A stretch of DNA of 64,000 bases from positions 54,915,677-54,979,676 of the forward strand of contig NC_068988.1 in the NCBI RefSeq assembly GCF_001194135.2, read 5' to 3'. The notes below the pieces were generated by a model. That model did no database searches, was not told where the DNA came from, and worked only from the letters and a program-made list of their open reading frames with translations. The position numbers and the translations under genes were made by a program. This DNA is from Octopus bimaculoides (lineage: Eukaryota). Positions 48,807-61,366 of the stretch are shown piece by piece (position 1 is the stretch's first letter; every line of letters begins with the position of its first letter).

Positions 48807-50016
48807 TTAAGTCAGGGACACAGGAAAATGACAGTAATAAGATCTGCATTAGTATCCAGTACCTAAACCTTACATTTACTGTGCCTCTTGTTATAGCTCA
48901 CTACCTTAACATCACAGCCACAATTTTTTTTTTTTTTCAAAAGTAACACTACAGAAATTAAAAACTTTTAATAATTTTAATATTGGTAGAAACTAGTATT
49001 GAATTAGGTGACACAGAAATGACAATACAATGGTGCAGAAGAGATGGGTTGTTAGTACTGACTAGGAATTATAATTAACAACCAATGCTTAAAGGCAGAT
49101 TTTCTCAAAGGTAGTGAGTGGGAAGGTACCTTCTCAAGTCATGCCAACTCATAATGGCCAGTTTCCTGGTTTTCATGATATATAAATTCCCCACCAGAAC
49201 GGGACACTGGTCCGTTACAGGATAACTCATTTTTACCAGCTAAGTGGACTGGAGCAACACAAAATGAAGTGTTTTGCTCAAGAGCACAACACATCACCTA
49301 GCTAAGTAATCGGAGTAATCGAAACCACAATCTTATGATCATGAGTCCAACGCCATAACCAGCCACTATGATTTTCTGAAGCTATTGATAAAATGATAGA
49401 GATAGTTTAAAAATCTTATAATTAGTTTCATAGAAATATGGTCAGCTTCAAATTCAATAAAATGGGAGATATTATAAGGGTTCTTAAGTGTCCACTCTGT
49501 GGATTTGTTTGTAGCTTTAATCTACAGAGAAAGAATGGATTCTTAGTGAAGGTTCCTTATCAAACAACAGAATCTTCTTTTTCTATTAAGAAAAGTATGT
49601 TCACTACTAAAGAATGACTATATTGAAGAAATAATAGATATAGAAGAATGTTATTCATATGGACTACACTAAGACATCTTAATTATTATCATTGACAAGA
49701 CTTTGCTAATTCATACAGTTGATACTATCTGCTAAAGCAGATATGTTTATTGATGTATAACCAATTAAATATTTGAAGGTGATTCGGATATCTTGCTCAT
49801 CTTGTATGCTATATTTTTGTCTGATTTGTTATTGTACTATATGCATTCTGTTGTGCAGTGTTTGATTATATGGTGGGATATGTTGTTGTCAAGTCAGTTT
49901 GGATATATTTTCATATATGATAACAAGGTTGTTCAACTTCGGGGTTAAATATTAAAAAATTCAGCAGCTCTTAATTTCAATGATACATTATATTTGATGT
50001 TAAATGTTATATCATT

Positions 50017-50457
50017 GACCGAGACCTTTGGAAATGTGCTGTGCGTGAGAAGACCCGGCAAGCCAAGTAAGATCGTTGCCAGTGCCCCTGGACTGGTTCT
50101 TGTGCGGGTGGCACATGAGATGCACCATTTTGAGCGTGGCCGTTGCCAGTACCGCCTGACTGGCTCCTGTAGGATTTTCGAGCGAGATCGTTGCCAGTGC
50201 CCCTGGACTGGCTTGTGCGGGTGGCACATAAAAGACACCATTTCGAGCGTGGTCGTTTTCGTGCGGGTGACACGTAAAAGCACCCACTACACTCTCTGAG
50301 TGGTTGGCGTTAGGAAGGGCATCCAGCTGTAGAAACTCTGCCAAATCAGACTGAAGCCTGGTGTTGCCATCCGGTTTCACCAGTCCTCAGTCAAATCGTC
50401 CAACCCATGCTAGCATGGAAAGCGGACGTTAAACGATGATGATGATGATGATGATGA
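50017..50457 (+). mobile_element. Extremely 5'-truncated RTE LINE: last codons plus complete 3' UTR
   Basis: DRDLWKCAVREKTRQAK* (TAA 50068-50070) is followed directly by the hairpin array, family-B core and (GAT)n. This links family B to the RTE ORF end. Confidence 0.9.
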
Positions 50458-50741
50458 ATGCAGCAGTGTAATAATGATATAATGAAAACAAACGGCAGTA
50501 ACCACATGTAATATAGCAACAATCTTTTAAGAACCAACAATCCAACACGCTAACTTGAACTGTAAACTTTGAACTATCAACACACGAACTGTGAAACTAG
50601 CACAAACTCCTTCACTTACTCAGACCACTTCTATTTATATGTAGTGGTCCAGTCCATTCTTGCAGGGGGTGGGGGCATCGTAATCTCATACAACATTAAA
50701 TGTGTAAACTTTTGAGAACATATACTTGAATTCTTTTTCAG

Positions 50742-50868
50742 AGTGTAATGCAAAGATTATCAAGATGTACCCAGGCAGAAATAGTTCGTTCTATTGATGG
50801 ACTGGTAAATAAACCAAAATTAGGCTTTTGCAATTCATTTAAAGTGAAAAACTTCCAGCTTCCAAATG
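50742..50868 (+). CDS. PIKFYVE: PIKfyve coding exon 16, CCT-like domain
   Basis: SVMQRLSRCTQAEIVRSIDGLVNKPKLGFC resembles human VLERISRMTQGDLVMSMDQLLTKPHLGTC; phase 0 to 1. Confidence 0.95.
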
Positions 50869-51786
50869 GTAAATGTAACAATTCTTCTAAGTATTTTCAG
50901 TTTGAAACATTCAGATAGTTTCAATCTAGCTGTATGTACTTATATCTATGATATTTCAATGTTGATTTCTAACTTTAGTGCATGACCAGAAATATGTAAA
51001 TGAAGAGCTAAGTCAATTGATTTTTTTCCACAATATATCATTGATAAAAGAGATGGAACTAAATGCTCTTTGGCATTAAGATCATTACTCTACCACTTTT
51101 TTAATGTGTTATCCTTATGTTAATATAATAAAGTACACATATGAAGGATCATCAATTTATAAACTCTCAATAATACACAGAAACACAAGATAGGCTTCTT
51201 TCAGTTTCCCTCTACCAAATTCACTCAAAAGGTTTTGATCAAACTGTAGAAGCCACCTGCTCAAACTGTTCTGCTGTAGAACTTACGCACATCATATATT
51301 TAATGAATTATGCATGTGCATGTACACAATATGTATATATATAACTATTAATAATCAATCCAATGAAAAACTCATTTCCTTCAAAGGGATGTAAAACATC
51401 CAATTTTCACTGGTTCTTCAGTTAGATACAATATAGTAGAGAAAAAAATGAAACTTTGTCTATTTTTTAGACAAATATTACCCTGAGGAGATTCATATGC
51501 ATAAATGTGAATTTTTATAAATTCACTAGTGGATGAGTCAAAATAAATTGTAGGACATATATTTATTTCAATTATTTGTTATATTATATCATATTATATA
51601 ATATCTTTTGATAGTATAATTATATTATAATGTAAATAAATTTTTAATATATCAATTGTTTTTCTCTTTTTCCTTAAATATTTATATATTGGAATTATAC
51701 CATTTTAAGTTCGGATGAATATGTATGTCTCTGTGTGTGTAAATATATATAATATACCTAATAAATATTTTAATGTACCTTTGAAG

Positions 51787-51881
51787 GTCACACCAAGACA
51801 CTGTTATACTTTGATGATTGTGCCAAACATCTTGCCTGTACAGTAACTCTGAGAGGGTCTCATAACAGTGAGTTGAAAAGA
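51787..51881 (+). CDS. PIKFYVE: PIKfyve coding exon 17 (GHTKTLLYFDDCAKHLACTVTLRGSHNSELKR)
   Basis: Resembles human TKTLMFFEGCPQHLGCTIKLRGGSDYELAR; AGA/GTAAGT donor; not in the ORF track because it is short. Confidence 0.95.
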
Positions 51882-51984
51882 GTAAGTAAACATTGATATG
51901 AAAATCTTCCTTATCTTCCTCCTTCAGTATGACAGGGTATATATTTTTAAGAGAATATTTTCTGGTTACTTTTTGCATTTCTGA

Positions 51985-52320
51985 AAGCCAAATAACCAGA
52001 ATAAGGAAAGGTGGGGAAAAAAAAATTTGTGAATCTATTACCTCTGCTGGCAACAAATCTACTTCTTCAAACGAGAAGTAGATTATATATTGCTTGTGTA
52101 CAAAGTATGATGTTGCATTGAAGTGAGACACGGGCATTGAATGCAGATGTAGAAAGGTTTGAGAGAAATAAAGCAAACATGTTTAATGTAAATATGCATG
52201 AGTAATGTTGTATAGATGAGCTGAGAATAAGAGGAATAAGCTGTAGTTGCAATAGACAGCTGTGTTGGTACTGATATGTAGTGCATATAGATGATGACAG
52301 ATGGGTAAAGAAGTGCCAGA
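51985..52320 (+). mobile_element. Decayed RTE LINE fragment abutting the Helitron
   Basis: RIRK…LLPLLAT…RLYIACVQSMMLH*SETRALNA…LCWY…DDDRWVKKCQ, with frameshifts. Confidence 0.7.
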
Positions 52321-52321
52321 A

Positions 52322-53540
52322 ATGCAAGTCTTTGGACCCACACAATGTGGCATGTACTCAATTGAATGACAAAAAAGGGGCCTTCCACATGCTCATATCC
52401 TGCTTTGGCTCTCATCGAAGATCAAATCCACTGACATTGACAAGATAATCTCTGCAGAGCTTCCTGATCCAGCTTCAGACAAAGTACTATACAAAATAGT
52501 TAAGGCAAACATGGTGCATGGTCCATGTGGGCATGGATTCAATATAAACTCACCATGCTTGAAAGACAGCGTATGTTCAAAAAGGTTTCCAAGGAGGTTC
52601 CTACAAGAAACTCAGACAGGTGCTGATGGGTATCCATCATACAGGCAGAGAAAACCAGAAGACGGCAGTTTCACAGCAACTATTGGACAGCACGAGGTTG
52701 ATAATAGATGGATTGTTCCATACTGTCCACTCCTGTCAAAGACTTTCAATGCCCACATCAATGTTGAGTTTTGCAACTCTGTTAAGTACGTTTGTAAGTA
52801 TGTGAACAAGGGTTCTGAAGCTGCAGTGTTTGGACTTCAACAAGAATACTGCCAGGATGAGGTGACGCACTATCAGGTGGGACTGTACATAAGTAGTAAC
52901 GAGGCTTTCTGGCGCATCTTTGGCTTTCCACTTCACCAACAACACCCTGCCATTCAACAGCTGGCAATGCACCTAGAATACGGTCAAAGGGTGTACTTCA
53001 CCGATGCTAATGCTTCTCTGTTGGGAGAGGAACCGAGGGATAGCACACTCACTGCATTCTTCAGGCTTTGTCAAGTTGATCCATTCATTCAAACCTTGCT
53101 GTATCCACAGATTCCATCGTACTACACTTGGAATGGAAAAAAATGGGCCCCAAGGAAAGCAGGTCAAAATGTTCATGGATACCCTGGCATTAAGTTTGAC
53201 ACTTGCCTTGGGCGAGTACACACAGTGCATCCCACTCAACAAGAGAACTTCTACCTCCATCAACTACTGCATGAGGTCAGAGTGCCAATGTGTTTCCAGG
53301 CTCTAAAAGCCGTTCATGGACAATATGTCTGCACAACATACAGAGAAGCCAGCTATTGACAAGGTCTGTTAGAAAATGGTGCACAATGGGATGCAACTAT
53401 GGGAGAGGCTTTTTACCAAACTTCAAGTGCCAGGAAGGCGACGCTGGGCACAGGTACCATCATGATTTCGCTTTCGCTTGCCCCAACAGGTCTTCGCAAG
53501 CCAAGTTTAGTGGAAAAATTGGGACATTATGATTCCGACA
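52322..53540 (+). mobile_element. Helitron Rep (HUH/Y2) domain fragment, pseudogenised
   Basis: IE*QKRGLPHAHILLWL (HUH at 52388-52396), DIDKIISAELPD, MVHGPCG, DNRWIVPY, HINVEFC, KYVCKYVNKG (Y2), EAFWRIF; ORF 52511-53359 is open for 282 aa. Confidence 0.95.
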
Positions 53541-55600
53541 AAACTTTCAAAATATTTCTGTACTTATGGTTACGGTGTTAGGGCTAGGGTTTTAGGGTTA
53601 GTGTTGGGGAAAAAAGTCAAAATTGAAGAANNNNNNNNNNNNNNNNNNNNNNNNNNNNNNNNNNNNNNNNNNNNNNNNNNNNNNNNNNNNNNNNNNNNNN
53701 NNNNNNNNNNNNNNNNNNNNNNNNNNNNNNNNNNNNNNNNNNNNNNNNNNNNNNNNNNNNNNNNNNNNNNNNNNNNNNNNNNNNNNNNNNNNNNNNNNNN
53801 NNNNNNNNNNNNNNNNNNNNNNNNNNNNNNNNNNNNNNNNNNNNNNNNNNNNNNNNNNNNNNNNNNNNNNNNNNNNNNNNNNNNNNNNNNNNNNNNNNNN
53901 NNNNNNNNNNNNNNNNNNNNNNNNNNNNNNNNNNNNNNNNNNNNNNNNNNNNNNNNNNNNNNNNNNNNNNNNNNNNNNNNNNNNNNNNNNNNNNNNNNNN
54001 NNNNNNNNNNNNNNNNNNNNNNNNNNNNNNNNNNNNNNNNNNNNNNNNNNNNNNNNNNNNNNNNNNNNNNNNNNNNNNNNNNNNNNNNNNNNNNNNNNNN
54101 NNNNNNNNNNNNNNNNNNNNNNNNNNNNNNNNNNNNNNNNNNNNNNNNNNNNNNNNNNNNNNNNNNNNNNNNNNNNNNNNNNNNNNNNNNNNNNNNNNNN
54201 NNNNNNNNNNNNNNNNNNNNNNNNNNNNNNNNNNNNNNNNNNNNNNNNNNNNNNNNNNNNNNNNNNNNNNNNNNNNNNNNNNNNNNNNNNNNNNNNNNNN
54301 NNNNNNNNNNNNNNNNNNNNNNNNNNNNNNNNNNNNNNNNNNNNNNNNNNNNNNNNNNNNNNNNNNNNNNNNNNNNNNNNNNNNNNNNNNNNNNNNNNNN
54401 NNNNNNNNNNNNNNNNNNNNNNNNNNNNNNNNNNNNNNNNNNNNNNNNNNNNNNNNNNNNNNNNNNNNNNNNNNNNNNNNNNNNNNNNNNNNATATATAT
54501 ATATATATATATACATACATACATACATATATGATATATATGATATATTCATACATACATACAATGGGCTTCTGCATTGTTTCCATCTATTAAATTTACT
54601 CACAAGGCATTAGTTGGCCTTGGACTATAGTAGAAGACACTTGACCAAGGTGCTGGGCAGTGAGACTGAACCAGAAACCACTTAGTTGCAAAGCAAGCTT
54701 CTTAATTAGACAGCCATGCTGGTGTCTGCTTGAATTTTTGTCTATCCTTTTTTTAATACAATGTATTAGATGATTGTATTGATTAGATTATTGTATTGAT
54801 CTGAAAATCATTGTTTATTTTCATTATATTTCTTTTTATTTTACATTGTACATTTTCTGTTGCTTATTGGTTTCTAATGACCCAATCACAAACTCACTGC
54901 TTGTCTAATATGGCAAGAGTATCAGGAATATGTTTGTAATCATGGTGCAATAAATACCACAAGTTATTTTTGTTCCACACATCAATTTAGCAGGAGTTTC
55001 GTGCCATTGTATATATCTTTCACTGATGCACACACACACACATCATCATCATCATCATATGAAAATTAGACAGAGGGAAGGAAAAAGTTGTGCTCATACA
55101 TACAATGGACTTTCCCATCGAAGACGACATGTGAGTGTTCAGCTTCTGCTGAATGACCAGCACAAATGACTTGTTTATAGTGATCAAATATAACTGTTGT
55201 ACATAAGCTCACTCTCTCCATCCAATCAATGCTGCCTGAACAGGTGCACTGTGTACTATATGTCAGGTGTCAAAAGTGAGCAATGTGAGATGAAGTGTTG
55301 TGCTCCAGAACACAATACAATGCTCGGACCAGAAATTGAAACCACGACCTAGCAACCATGCATGAGTGCAGCACCCTAACCACTAGTGTTTCCATCGACT
55401 AAATCCACTCACAAGGCTTTGGTCAGCCCGAGGCTGTAGTGAAATACACTTACCCAAGGTGCCACACAGTGGGACTGAATTCAGAAAGCATGTGGTTGGG
55501 AAGTAAACCTGAGCACAAAGCCATGACTTCACCTATAGTTATACCTACGCCTATAACCATGCCAGCACCAATTTACTTACATTTTCTATTTTAATTTCAG

Positions 55601-56455
55601 GTGAAAAAAATAATGCAGTTTATGACTTATGCAGCATATCATTCTCAACTTGAAGTTTCATTTATTATGGACGAATTTGGCCTACCCCCACCCTCTGGAG
55701 ATGAAATAGGTCTTAATTTAGACACTGACACATCAGATGTTAATTCTGAATTGAGAGACTCTCAGCAAGATGTAAATAGTGAACAGAAAGATGTGATAGA
55801 TAACAGGGGACATGTATTTAATAACCAATGTAGGAGAGATGCTTTTAAGACGGCCAATTCAATGACTTTGTCTCTTCAGCTTGTTGAAGAAGTTGGTGAT
55901 ACAGACGTAGTTGATAGTGAACCTTCAGAGAAGGACACTGAATCTAGTAAAGAAGATGATCCGTCACTTGACATTTCAACAGAAGTCAGTCAAAGCATAG
56001 ACAATAAACTATGCAAAGATGTCATGAGCAACAGTCGAAAACAACCTGGCATAGAAGAACTCACTGATTTCTCTGATCCTTTACACAACTATCTCACAAC
56101 GAAGGATGATTCCATATTTCACAGTTCTGTTGCTCTCCAAGAGCAGAAGGTCGCTCAACAGCAGAAAATTCGAAAAGCACTAGAAGATTTAGTTCTATCT
56201 GTATCACCTTACATAAAAATTGATCCACCATATTTAGAGACTACTAATGGCTTGAAGTCAACTTTGCGGAAGTATTTCCCTGATGAGATGTACTTCTCTC
56301 CAGCATTAAGTGAAAAGAACATTGACAATCGACCAAAATTTTTTGATACCGATGTTGTATCACGTATCAGTAACAAGAAAAATGTAGAAATTACTGAGGC
56401 ACATCCTTTTATCATGTGGAAACTTGAAAAACCAGTGAAAGACCCATCTGTACAG
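55601..56455 (+). CDS. PIKFYVE: PIKfyve coding exon 18 (855 nt; end of CCT-like domain plus long acidic linker)
   Basis: Starts VKKIMQFMTYAAYHSQLEVSFIMDEF; contains LSVSPYI and YFPDEMYFS; tttcag acceptor, CAG/GTAGGT donor. Confidence 0.96.
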
Positions 56456-58130
56456 GTAGGTATTTGACATTATTAGGATAAGCAAATAAATATTTCTGTA
56501 CCTGAGAGAAAAGTACTGTGTGCATGTGTATTGAGAGGAAAAGAGAGATATATTATGTAAGTGCAGACAAGAATCTTAAAACAGTATTCAATTCCAAGGA
56601 AAGACTGATTATAATATATCATGTATTACAAGCTACTGTATCTAATGGCTACTACTGCCACTTTATCTCTCTATATTATTAAGTTAAAAGTTATGTGAAA
56701 AAGAAAACAATCACTGTCAGTCATTGACTAATTTTATTTTAATTATTTTCATCAAGAGAGATAACTTTGAGCATGTTCCAGTCTTATTATGACCTCAACA
56801 GAAGATCATTGACTTCACTATACTTGTCAAGGTAGTGATGAGAGAATCAAGTAAATGTATAAGAATGTTCACTGAAGTGTGTTGAATTAAAGCAGCTTAA
56901 TTTCAACAAAGTATCACAGTAATTTACTTAGAAACATTTTCTGCAATCAGTATTTTGCCATGTTCTTTTGAAATAATTTCAAATGTGAGAACTGGGGCAA
57001 TATTTCTTTTCAAATCATTGAAGATGTGTAATCTAGTATATTTGGTCGGTGACTGAGCTGTTCTTATATTGTAGACAGTAGAGATATAATTTATGTAAGA
57101 ATGGAAAAGTAGATTTAAGGCAGTGTGTGATCAAACCAGGTCTCCTGTTGATTTGTGCTCTCACTAGCCACAAACACTTTTATTTATCAAGACGTGTAGT
57201 TGTTATTTAATCTTATACCAAGCCTGATCAGGAAGAACTATGATCAAAATTATTCTAGACACGACCATTTTGTGCCTCTGTATATCCATTGCATCTGTTT
57301 TCTTGAAGAAAGGTAGGATGTTATCTGTAGAAGATTTGTTTGCAATTTATAGTAGATCAAGCAATCACATAGGGGCTCTCATTGGCTCAGTCAACATGTG
57401 TAGATTACATGAAATAGCCATGTATTTCATCTACTGTAATACACCTGTGCCTCTACCATATTTTAACTTCTTATAACTTCGCATAAAGCCAATATTACAC
57501 CCCAACTCTCTCAGTTAAAGGGTCCTGTCTTGTGAGTAACCTAATGACCTTAGCAGTACTGGTACCATGTAAAAAGCACACAGTATATTCTGTGAAATGG
57601 TTGGCATTAGGAAAGGCATCCAGTCATAGAAACTATGCCAAATCAGACATTGGATCTTAATGAAGGCCTTGTCAAACTGTCCAAGATATGCCAGCATGGA
57701 AAATGGACATTAAAAGATGATGATGATAAATTCAATATTTTGATTCTTCTAACTCATGACAAGAACCTCAGCTACCAACTGGCGTAGGTTGTATAGAAGA
57801 ATGTGGTGTCCTTTGAAAATTGAGGCCAATTTTCATCATATTTAGCTCTTCATCCGCATTACAAACCTCATTATCGTTGTCTTCATTACCATCTCACCAT
57901 TATGACACCACCACCACTGCTGGCACTACCACCATTATTGTCATTGCTGTTATCATTGTCATCATCATCATCACCATCACTACCACCATCTTCATAATCA
58001 TCATCATCATCCATATTTCTATCTGGGTTATGCATGAATGAAATTTCCAGTTTTTCTAATTTGAGCTAACAAGATCTTGTCTCATTGAGTTAAATTTAAA
58101 AGAAAAAAAATTCATCTATTTTATTTGTAG

Positions 58131-58286
58131 GACATTTTGTCTGATTTTCGTGCTCGAGGTGGACGTATTAAAACAACCCAGTCTGGGAGCTGCTACCATG
58201 ATGAAAACAAGGAGGTGGCTAAAAAGACAAGCAATGGAGAAATAAAAAATGATATTAACTATGTATCATTCTATTATGATCAGAAG
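58131..58286 (+). CDS. PIKFYVE: PIKfyve coding exon 19 (DILSDFRARGGRI…)
   Basis: Conserved (D/E)(F/Y)RARGGRI motif; AAG/GTGAGT donor; 156 nt, phase 0-0. Confidence 0.95.
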
Positions 58287-58664
58287 GTGAGTTATGGATT
58301 TTATAGATTTGTTTATAGATTTTATAAATTGTTTATAAAAGATATTTCATGGTATGAATTTTATTGATCTGCTGAAGGTTGTCTAGTAAGCAGATGTTTC
58401 ATTGGAAATAGTAAATAAGTTATATTACCTTGGTGATACTATTAGTATTGAAGGCAGGCTAATAGACTAATTCAATCACAGTGGTAGCACTGTAGTTAAA
58501 TGTTTGAGATATAATATATAAACCAGACTTTATGAATGATGTGTGAGAAATGTGATATGTGATGCTGAAGCATGGATGAAAACTGTGTTGTGGTTTATAG
58601 ATTCTGTCCATAATAAATAAAACTTCAGGAAAACTTTTAACAATGGTTCAATTTGGATTCTCTT

Positions 58665-58820
58665 CATCATCATCGTTTAACATCCGCTTTCCATGCTAGC
58701 ATGGGTTGGACGATTTGACTGAGGACTGGTGAACCAGATGGCTGCACCAGGCTCCAATCTGATTTGGTAGAGCTTCTGCAGCTGGATGCCCTTCCTAACG
58801 CCAACCACTCCGAGAGTGTA
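58665..58820 (-). mobile_element. RTE family-B 3' end, antisense
   Basis: Reverse complement of the family-B core and (GAT)n tail. Confidence 0.85.
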
Positions 58821-60128
58821 AATCAATGTAGCTGTGATATGTTACTGTAACCATTATAAATAGTGCATATCATGTGGCTTGGATTTGAACATCACAAAAA
58901 TAATATGCAAATTATGCATACAGAAGAGAGGAATGTCATAAATAATGTTGAGGAGAATATGAGAATCATAAAAATAATATAAGCGAGAATTGTACAAATA
59001 ATATTACATTAATCATATGAATAATATTACATTGTTGTTTTGTTGAGGAGTTATATATACTGAGGGGTCTTTCCAGTCAAGGGATCTTTGTCTTGCAAAG
59101 TGCTTTGTGTGTTGCTGCCATGCAAAAAATCTCCCAGTATACTCTGTAAAATGGCTGGCATTAGAAAAAGCATCCACCGACAGAAACCATGCCAAAGCAG
59201 ATAATAGAGCTTGGTACAGTCCTAGAAAACCACCCAACCTATGTCAGTATGGGAAACAGACGTTAAATGATGGTGATGGTGATTGTGTTTGTGTTCTGTT
59301 TTGGCCCCTTCTTTCATACTTTAACTCCTCATCCCATAGCATAAAATCATCTCCCTCTCTACTGCATCCCAACTCAGTCAAAAAGGATCTTAGTCTTGCA
59401 GGCTGCATGATGACCTCACTAATAGTGATGATTGATATTAAGAAGAATCCATTAGTGAATACTTGGCTATGGAAAACCTTGTGTATCTGAGTTTTAGACA
59501 ATTTGGTATAAAAGTCAGTTTGGTGAAAAGATGGTAGTTCTTGTGTGAGCTCAACCACAACTCTACCTCTTTGGGTTATGCTTATTAATTTGGTCACTGT
59601 TCTGTATAGCAGGTTCTATCTGAGGTATTTGCCGCAAATGTAAAGATCTACAGTGACGAGAACAAAATGAAGGTATAATCGATCTGATAGAGAATGATAA
59701 CTTGGAGAGATATCGAATACAAGTAAGTTAAGGAAATGACTGGCTTTGAAAACCATTGGCTACAATATGTCTAAGAACTGACAACAATAGTGTGTACATT
59801 TAATGCAGATAGGTTATACATTTAGCTATAGGTTGGTGTGTCATTGGTGCTGTTCCTGTAACATCCCCCGTTACCATACACGCATGAGTCAGGTAAAATT
59901 CAATGTGGTAGATTTTCTACAGCTGGATGTTCTTACTGTCTCCAGCTATCATCCAGCTACTTCTCCTAGTCCTTCAATCATGCACAGACATCTCAATGAC
60001 CGAACATGTTTTCATGGAAGGTTGCAAAGAAATGATACCATTTTTGTATGAACGGTGATTTTATTTACAATCAATGCACAATATCTTTACCATGAGACTA
60101 CAAACAAAGACTCTCTCTCTCCCTCCCC

Positions 60129-60180
<52 letters not shown>

Positions 60181-60434
60181 CCTGCCTCACTCTTCACTTT
60201 TCATTCTTTCCCTCAATCTTTCGTATGTGGTACTTACTGTCTCAACCCAACAGCAAGTGCCACCCTAATCCTTCCTCTCTGAGTGCCATCACACCTGAAC
60301 ATGTTTGTTCCTTAGCTCAACCATTAACTCTGAACATTGACAGTATTAACTTTATCCAATTAACCCCTATAATACAATATTTATTGATTTGCTTGCTACA
60401 AATCTAAGTTTCTGTTTTCATTCTCTGCTTTCAG

Positions 60435-60535
60435 CGTGACTGTTTAGATCTTTATAGCCACCAACATCTGTCTGTTTTGTTCAGCAGTTTCTCCAGCAAC
60501 TCCTCAAATGCTCCTAATCCATGTGTTAATCCTTG
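60435..60535 (+). CDS. PIKFYVE: PIKfyve coding exon 20 (RDCLDLYSHQHLSVLFSSFS…NAPNPCVNPW)
   Basis: Resembles human DCLNPINHQRLCVLFSSSS…NAPSACVSPW; phase 0 to 2. Confidence 0.96.
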
Positions 60536-60691
60536 GTAAATGTTATCATTTTATATTACTTACAACTGAGTCAGAGATTACTTTATTGTTGCATTTATTT
60601 TTCTTTTTTTTCTTTCGGTACTTGAAGTTGTTTCACTCCTTGTTCTTTCAGGTTGTATTATGCTTTGTTAACTTTGTTGCATACGGACAAA

Positions 60692-60693
60692 TG

Positions 60694-60790
<97 letters not shown>

Positions 60791-60792
60791 CC
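60692..60792. repeat. (TC)n(CA)n microsatellite
   Basis: Read directly; similar TA/CA/GA tracts at about 2654-2722, 6040-6105, 9466-9518, 28282-28328, 46231-46275 and 60110-60175. Confidence 0.95.
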
Positions 60793-61294
60793 ACACACTA
60801 CAGTCTAAAAGTTTAAGATCACCTAAACTTATTTTGAAAAAAACATCTACAAAATGGAAATAAGTGAGAGATTCTGGTGAAATATTTTATTAATGTATAG
60901 ATACGTTCATTGGATGACATAATTAACTGAGCAACTAAACAAAACTGTGAAAAATCTGGGAAAAACTCTGAATCTTAGACTCATTGAAATATCTGCCCTT
61001 GGCTTTGATCACTATGGATCTTACTCTGGGCATTCTTTCGAGCAATGAAAGCAAATATTCACTGGTAATATTTTACCACTCCTGTTACCGACACTCACAT
61101 GCTCCGAAGCAGGGACTGGAAATGAACACTATCACTTGTACGATACTCATTTACGATCATCACATGACGTCAACACAATGCTACACACATACATACATTT
61201 ATATATGTCTGTGCTGCTGAAATTTGTTTTCAGAGACTCAGTACTACCCAGTACTACAAATGATTTCATTGTGATTTCTTATTTTGAAATTTAG

Positions 61295-61366
61295 GATTGT
61301 GACAATGGAATTTTACGGCAAGAATGATGTGACTCTTGGAGGTTTTCTTGAGCGATTTTGCTTCAG
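61295..61366 (+). CDS. PIKFYVE: PIKfyve coding exon 21 (IVTMEFYGKNDVTLGGFLERFCF)
   Basis: Near-identical to human IVTMEFYGKNDLTLGIFLERYCF; CAG/GTGAGT donor. Confidence 0.97.

Noticed and set aside
51682-52176. 164-aa minus-strand ORF
   Set aside because: Antisense shadow of PIKfyve exon 17 and an RTE fragment; no recognisable motif.
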